DNA of 64,000 nucleotides from Candidatus Eiseniibacteriota bacterium (GTDB lineage Bacteria; Eisenbacteria; RBG-16-71-46): NCBI GenBank assembly GCA_041483195.1, contig JBGPFC010000003.1, positions 32,001 to 96,000 of the forward strand, read 5' to 3'. Shown piece by piece: positions 59,310 to 64,000 of this stretch (position 1 is its first letter; each line of letters starts with the position of its first letter). The notes under the pieces were generated by a model. It saw only the letters and a program-made list of their open reading frames with translations, ran no database searches and was not told where the DNA came from. The position numbers and the translations under genes were made by a program.

Positions 59310-60083
59310 TCACCAAGCTGTCCATCCGCCGTCCACGTACACTTCCGAACCCGTCACGTACGACGCGTCGTCGCTCGCCAGGAACGCGATGACGCCGGCC
59401 ACTTCCTCGGACGTCCCGATCCGCCCCATCGGGGTGTGGGTCGTGACGAATGCCTGCATCGCGCGCGCGGCCTCGGTCCCGCCTTCAAGAAACGGCGCCA
59501 CCATCGGCGTCTCGATGAAGCCGGGGTGCACCGAGTTCACGCGGATGCCCTCGCGCGCCCAGCGGATCGCCGCGTTCTTGGTCATGAGGCGCATCGCACC
59601 CTTCGAGGCGTGATACGCGAATGCGTTGCCGTTCCCGCCCACCGCGCCGTAGATGGACGAAACGTTGATCACAGAGCTATGCCCCGACCGCTTGAGCGCG
59701 GCGGCGGCGGCCTTCATGCCCAGCCAGGTGCCGGTCTGGTTGATGGCGATCAGGCGGTCGTAGCCTTCGCGGGTCTCGGTCTCGACGTCTTCGAGGCGCG
59801 CGACCCCCGCGTTGTTCACCAGCACGTGGAGCCCGCCGAACGCGCGCACCGTGCGCTCGATCGCCGCGGTCCATTCGGCCTCGTTCGAGACGTCGAGGTG
59901 CAGGGCCTCCGCGCGTCCGCCGGTCGCCCGGATCCGGTCTGCGACGGCCCGCGCCTCGTCGTCGAGCACGTCGGCGATCGCGACCGCCGCGCCCTCGGCG
60001 GCGAGCCGCACCGCGGTCGCGGCGCCGATTCCTCTCGCCCCGCCGGTGACGAGCGCCACCCGGTTCGTGAGTCTCGCGTTCAT
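59310..60083 (-). CDS. Classical NAD-preferring SDR oxidoreductase
   Basis: TGGARGIG, acidic residue after beta2 (IADV), NNAG, YHASKG, NSVHPG, VDGG. Confidence 0.93.
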   Translation of the reverse strand: MNARLTNRVALVTGGARGIGAATAVRLAAEGAAVAIADVLDDEARAVADRIRATGGRAEALHLDVSNEAEWTAAIERTVRAFGGLHVLVNNAGVARLEDVETETREGYDRLIAINQTGTWLGMKAAAAALKRSGHSSVINVSSIYGAVGGNGNAFAYHASKGAMRLMTKNAAIRWAREGIRVNSVHPGFIETPMVAPFLEGGTEAARAMQAFVTTHTPMGRIGTSEEVAGVIAFLASDDASYVTGSEVYVDGGWTAW

Positions 60084-60112
60084 GATGTTCTCCTCCGCGC
60101 GGCCCCGCGCGT

Positions 60113-61891
60113 TCAGCGGGCGATCTCGCCCCGCGACGCGGTCCGGCTCGCGATGAGCTCCTCGAGCTCGCCGAGCGATAGCGGCAGTCCGCCGCTGCGC
60201 GCGATGCGCAGCACGCCGGTCATGTCGGTGAGGCTGCCGAGATAGGTGTGGAACTGGCCCTGAAAGCTGAGCTCGACGGTGGCGGACCACGCGAGACCCC
60301 GGCGCCAGGCCTCGAGCGCGGCGATCGGGAACGGATAGAGCATCTCGGGCAGGAACGCGCGGTACTCGGGATGGAGCGCGACCCACTCGCGCAGCACCCC
60401 GTACTGGCTGCCCCACGCGATGATCCCGCGCGGCGCGTCATCCCGCCCGAGCGTGCGGAACCAGTCGCGCGTATCCTTCGCGATCGCGTCGAGCTTCACG
60501 AAGCGCTTGGTGTTCATCGCCTGGTGCGTGATGGTGTCGGCGGTCGGGTTGCCGTCGGCGGTGTGCTCGATGCCGGCCGCGAGATAGGTGCCGCCCGGCG
60601 TTCCCGGCACGCGGAACGGCGCGACCGCGTGGTCGCCGGTGAGCTGGAAACGCGCGGGCGTATCGCCATGCGCCCACACGCGGCGCGTCTCGGGCGGCGG
60701 CGGCGCGGCAGGCGGATCGAGCACCTGGCGCCGCTGCGCGATGTACGCGTCGGAGAGCACCAGCACCGGGAGCTGGTAGCGCTCCGCCAGCTGGAAGGCG
60801 CGATGCATCGCGCCGCGCGCGTGCGCAACGTCGAACACCCCGAGCACCGCGCGCGGAAAGTCGCCGTGCCCGGCGTACACCGCGTGGAACAGGTCCGACT
60901 GCTCGGTGCGGGACGGCATGCCGGTGGCGGGACCCGCGCGCTGGCAGTCCACGATCACGCATGGCAGCTCCGCCATGCTGGAGAGCCCCATCATCTCGGT
61001 CATCAGGGAGAGCCCGGGACCGCTGGTCGCCGTCATCGCGGGCACGCCGCCGAACGAGGCGCCCAGCACCATGCCCAGCGCCGCGATCTCGTCCTCGGCC
61101 TGCACCAGCCGCCCGCCCGCCGGCGGCAGCTCGTCGATCAGCGTCTCCATGATCTCGGAGGATGGCGTGATGGGATAGCCGGCGAAGAACTTGAGCCCGG
61201 CCTCGATCGCCCCGCGCGCGACCGCTTCGTTCCCGGTCTCGATCGCGAGCGAGCGCCCGTCGCCGACGAGCGCGGGGAGCCGCGGGGTGTCTTCCGCGGC
61301 GTGGGCGCGATCGAATGCCTCGAGATTGCGCGCGAGCATGCTCGCCCGGTGTCCGAAGCGCTGCTTCAGCAGGTCGCGCGCGAGCGCGGGATCCCAGCCG
61401 AGCGCCCGGAACAGCACTCCGAACGCGAGCATGTTCTTGGGCTCGCCCTCGACCTCTGCGCCTTCCTCCCACCGCGCGAACGGATAGCGGTGAGGCGGCG
61501 AGGGCGGGCCGCCCAGCCAATCGGGCGGCACTTCCTCGTCGTGCGCATCGAGCACCAGCAGGCTCCGATCGTGGAGCCGGAACGCGCCGCGGAACCGGCG
61601 CAGGTCGGTCGTGCGGAAACACAGCAGCAGATCGGCGTGCTCGCCCTCGTAGACCGTCTCCTGGCGCGCGATGCGCACCATCGCGGCGGATTCGCCGCCG
61701 CGGATCTGCGGCCCGTAGGACTGCACCATCATGCCGTAGAGCCCCTGTTTCGCCGCCGCCATCAGCAGCAGGTCGCCGAGCAGCGCGACGCCGTCGCCTC
61801 CGCTTCCGACCAGGGCGACGGCCAGCGAGTCGGTGACGGGCTGCGGCGTGACGACGGAGGTGGCGGTGCGGATCGACGGCTCGGGGCACAT
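60113..61891 (-). CDS. korA: 2-oxoacid:acceptor oxidoreductase alpha subunit (gamma-alpha fusion)
   Basis: GSGGDG, YGPQIRGGES, GYPITPSSE, QAEDEIA, TATSGPG, QRAGPATGMP. Confidence 0.93.
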   Translation of the reverse strand: MCPEPSIRTATSVVTPQPVTDSLAVALVGSGGDGVALLGDLLLMAAAKQGLYGMMVQSYGPQIRGGESAAMVRIARQETVYEGEHADLLLCFRTTDLRRFRGAFRLHDRSLLVLDAHDEEVPPDWLGGPPSPPHRYPFARWEEGAEVEGEPKNMLAFGVLFRALGWDPALARDLLKQRFGHRASMLARNLEAFDRAHAAEDTPRLPALVGDGRSLAIETGNEAVARGAIEAGLKFFAGYPITPSSEIMETLIDELPPAGGRLVQAEDEIAALGMVLGASFGGVPAMTATSGPGLSLMTEMMGLSSMAELPCVIVDCQRAGPATGMPSRTEQSDLFHAVYAGHGDFPRAVLGVFDVAHARGAMHRAFQLAERYQLPVLVLSDAYIAQRRQVLDPPAAPPPPETRRVWAHGDTPARFQLTGDHAVAPFRVPGTPGGTYLAAGIEHTADGNPTADTITHQAMNTKRFVKLDAIAKDTRDWFRTLGRDDAPRGIIAWGSQYGVLREWVALHPEYRAFLPEMLYPFPIAALEAWRRGLAWSATVELSFQGQFHTYLGSLTDMTGVLRIARSGGLPLSLGELEELIASRTASRGEIAR

Positions 61892-61895
61892 GGGG

Positions 61896-62768
61896 TCAGG
61901 CCTCCACGGAGGCGGCTTCCACCGGTTCGGGGTGCGGCGACTGTCCGACGCGATGCAGGATAACGCTTGGGCAGACGTCCACGCACACCTCGCCGCAGGC
62001 GGGGCCGTATGCGATACATGCGTCGTGGTCGATGAGAATGGTGCGCCCGTCGAAGGTGAGCGCGGTGGCCGGACACTTCGCGACGCACTTGCGGCACAAC
62101 GTGCAGCCCACCGAGCACGATGGCCGCACGATTCCGGTCTTGTCGCGCGCGACGCACGCCAGCTCGATGCGCCGGCTCCGCGGGTAGAGCGTGAACAGAT
62201 CCTTGGGGCAGACCGGCACGCACAGCGCGCAGCCGGTGCACTTCTCGGAGTCCACCTCGACGATCCCCGCGCCGCCCAGATGAAGCGCGTCGAACGGGCA
62301 GGCCCGCACGCAATCGCCGAGGCCGAGACATCCGTTCTTGCACGCCTTGGGCCCGCCGAACACGAGCGATGCCGCCGCGCAGGTCGAGACGCCGGCGTAT
62401 TGCGCCTCGTCTCGCGCGTAGGCCGAGAGCCCGTGGCAGCGCAGCACCACGACGCGGTCGAGCACGCTCCCCAGCTCCTTGCCGGTGAGCGCGGCCACCG
62501 CCTTCGCGACCGGGGCCCGCCCCGGCGCGCAGAGGTTGGGCGGCACGTCGGGCTTCTCGACGACGGCCTGGGCGTACGCCGGGCAGCCGGCGAAGCCGCA
62601 CGCTCCGCAGTTCGCCGCCGGCAGGCGCTCGCGAACGCGCTCGACCAGCGGGTTCACGGGCACCGCGAACTTGAGGGCGGCGGCCGCGAGCGCGAAGCCG
62701 AAGGCCACCCCCAGCACGGTGAAGACCGCCAGGCCCCAGAGCGCGACGCCGACCGCGGGATGTTCCAT
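61896..62768 (-). CDS. rnfB: Rnf electron transport complex subunit B (polyferredoxin type)
   Basis: N-terminal TM, LPAANCGACGFAGC, several CxxCxxCxxxCP motifs. Confidence 0.93.
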   Translation of the reverse strand: MEHPAVGVALWGLAVFTVLGVAFGFALAAAALKFAVPVNPLVERVRERLPAANCGACGFAGCPAYAQAVVEKPDVPPNLCAPGRAPVAKAVAALTGKELGSVLDRVVVLRCHGLSAYARDEAQYAGVSTCAAASLVFGGPKACKNGCLGLGDCVRACPFDALHLGGAGIVEVDSEKCTGCALCVPVCPKDLFTLYPRSRRIELACVARDKTGIVRPSCSVGCTLCRKCVAKCPATALTFDGRTILIDHDACIAYGPACGEVCVDVCPSVILHRVGQSPHPEPVEAASVEA

Positions 62769-62777
62769 CGCGCGCCC

Positions 62778-63722
62778 CTAGCGGAAGAAGCTCAGGCCGG
62801 AGAAACCCATGAACGCGAGCGCGAACAGCCCGGCGAGCGCGAACGCGATCGGCAGGCCCTCGAAGCTCGCCGGCACGCGCGCCAACTCCATGCGCTCGCG
62901 CGCGCACGACATGAGGAACAGCGCGAGCGCGAAGCCTAAGCCTGAGCCCATCGCCAGCGCGAGCGACTCGAGCGGGCCGGCGTCGGCGGCGGCGTTCAGC
63001 AGCGGGACCGCGAGGATGATGCAGTTGGTGGTGATGAGCACCAGGTAGATGCCGAACTTCTCGTGAAGCGCGCGGTGCGTCTTCTTGAGCACGGTGTCGA
63101 GCAGCTGCACCAGGAACGCGACCACGCCGATGAACACCAGGATCTGGAGGAACTTGAGCTGCAGCGGCTTCATCACGAACTGGTACATCATCCACGAGAA
63201 CATGCCGGTGGTGATCATCACGAACGTGAACGTCGCGCCCATGCCGAGCGCCGTGTCGCGCTTCTTCGTCACGCCGAAGAAGATGCAGAGGCCGAGGTAG
63301 CGCGTGAACACGAAGTTGTTGATGAGCGCGGCCGAGAGCACGGCGCTGAACAGCAGCGCCCAGCGCGGAGGGCGCACCGCGCGGGCGAGCGGCGGCTCGG
63401 CGAGCTCGATGCGGTAGGAGCCCTCGGGGTCGAGCGGCTGTCCGACCACCAGCGTGACGACGTTGCCCGCCTCGACCCGCACCTCGCGCACCGGGATCGG
63501 CACGTCGGGCGCCGCGACCTCGGTGAAGCGGAAGTTGGCGGCGTCCGCGCGCTCGAGCGGCTGCGCGAACCGCAGGCGCACGAGGCCCTCGCGCTGAACG
63601 CGCGCGGCGCGGATCGCCTGCCCGGGGGCCGCGGCGTGAACGCGCGTCGCGGGGAACAGCAGCAGGAAGAACAGGAGCGCGATCCCCGCGCCGATCAGCG
63701 CGCGCTGCGACGACCTAGGCAT
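62778..63722 (-). CDS. rnfA: Rnf subunit A with N-terminal signal peptide and Ig-like extension
   Basis: Core NNFVFTRYLGLC...GIYLVLITTNC...RER...LAFMGFSG, preceded by about 120 extra residues. Confidence 0.9.
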   Translation of the reverse strand: MPRSSQRALIGAGIALLFFLLLFPATRVHAAAPGQAIRAARVQREGLVRLRFAQPLERADAANFRFTEVAAPDVPIPVREVRVEAGNVVTLVVGQPLDPEGSYRIELAEPPLARAVRPPRWALLFSAVLSAALINNFVFTRYLGLCIFFGVTKKRDTALGMGATFTFVMITTGMFSWMMYQFVMKPLQLKFLQILVFIGVVAFLVQLLDTVLKKTHRALHEKFGIYLVLITTNCIILAVPLLNAAADAGPLESLALAMGSGLGFALALFLMSCARERMELARVPASFEGLPIAFALAGLFALAFMGFSGLSFFR

Positions 63723-64000
63723 GGCTCCCCCCCGCGGCCCGCGCCCTCGCGCCCGCCGCTTCGGCGGCGCGGCGCTCCATCCAGTTGAAGAGCGCCATGA
63801 GCAGCGCGATCGAGAAGAACCCGCCGGCGGGGAGCGCGAAGAACAGCAGCGGCTTCCCGGGGGCGAGCGCGACCCCGAACAGCGAGCCGTTGCCCAGCAG
63901 CTCTCGCATCGCGCCGATCACGACCAGCGCGAACAGGAATCCGAGCCCCATGCCGAGCGCGTCCCACAGGGACGGGACGAGCGGGTAGCGCGACGCGAAC
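63715..64000 (-). CDS. rnfE: Rnf subunit E, 3' part (5' end lies beyond the window)
   Basis: FASRYPLVPSLWDALGMGLGF...GAMRELLGNGSLFG...LPAGGF. Confidence 0.9.
   Translation of the reverse strand, partial: FASRYPLVPSLWDALGMGLGFLFALVVIGAMRELLGNGSLFGVALAPGKPLLFFALPAGGFFSIALLMALFNWMERRAAEAAGARARAAGGSHA

Noticed and set aside
1..64000. rRNA, tRNA, IS elements, integrases, prophage, known riboswitches
   Set aside because: None recognised by eye; a covariance-model scan would be needed to exclude divergent ncRNAs.

Overview
High-GC bacterial chromosomal segment from a diderm. The FlgD/T9SS-like C-terminal domain, dockerin-like protein and kinase-TPR protein suggest Candidatus Eisenbacteria or a relative, but that placement is inference only. 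About 57 real CDS are supportable; most long ORFs in the six-frame track are GC-rich shadow frames. Contents in order: GH1 beta-glucosidase; MMPL transporter fused to a LolA-like domain; small Cys-rich ORF-hsp20-lon; hybrid histidine kinase; CPBP protease; 14-blade beta-propeller protein; two GIDE/BAM-like membrane proteins plus lemA; Ser/Thr kinase; PKD/FGE lipoprotein; SDR; six-gene group 4 [NiFe]-hydrogenase-like (hyfBCEFGI) operon; secreted protein + small membrane protein pair; gluzincin/propeller protein; VOC enzyme; tatT-dctP; M16 peptidase pair; serine hydrolase; NUDIX; GT2-LAB_N-ArnT cluster; about 940 bp of unexplained sequence with a sigma54 promoter; OM barrel; SUF operon headed by a 4-Cys MerR regulator; korB-SDR-korA; rnfB-rnfA-rnfE (truncated at the window end). 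Best candidates for novelty: (1) a MerR regulator with CX2CX8CX2C and a palindromic operator just downstream of its promoter, heading the SUF operon; (2) the MMPL-LolA fusion with an internal signal peptide; (3) an Ehr-like hydrogenase that keeps all four Ni-binding Cys but has no visible electron-input module; (4) RnfA carrying an exported Ig-like domain, in an rnf-korA-SDR-korB run; (5) the LemA + two GIDE/BAM module; (6) a possible toxin-immunity pair. I saw no rRNA, tRNA, CRISPR array or mobile element. All calls come from motif recognition by eye, without database searches.
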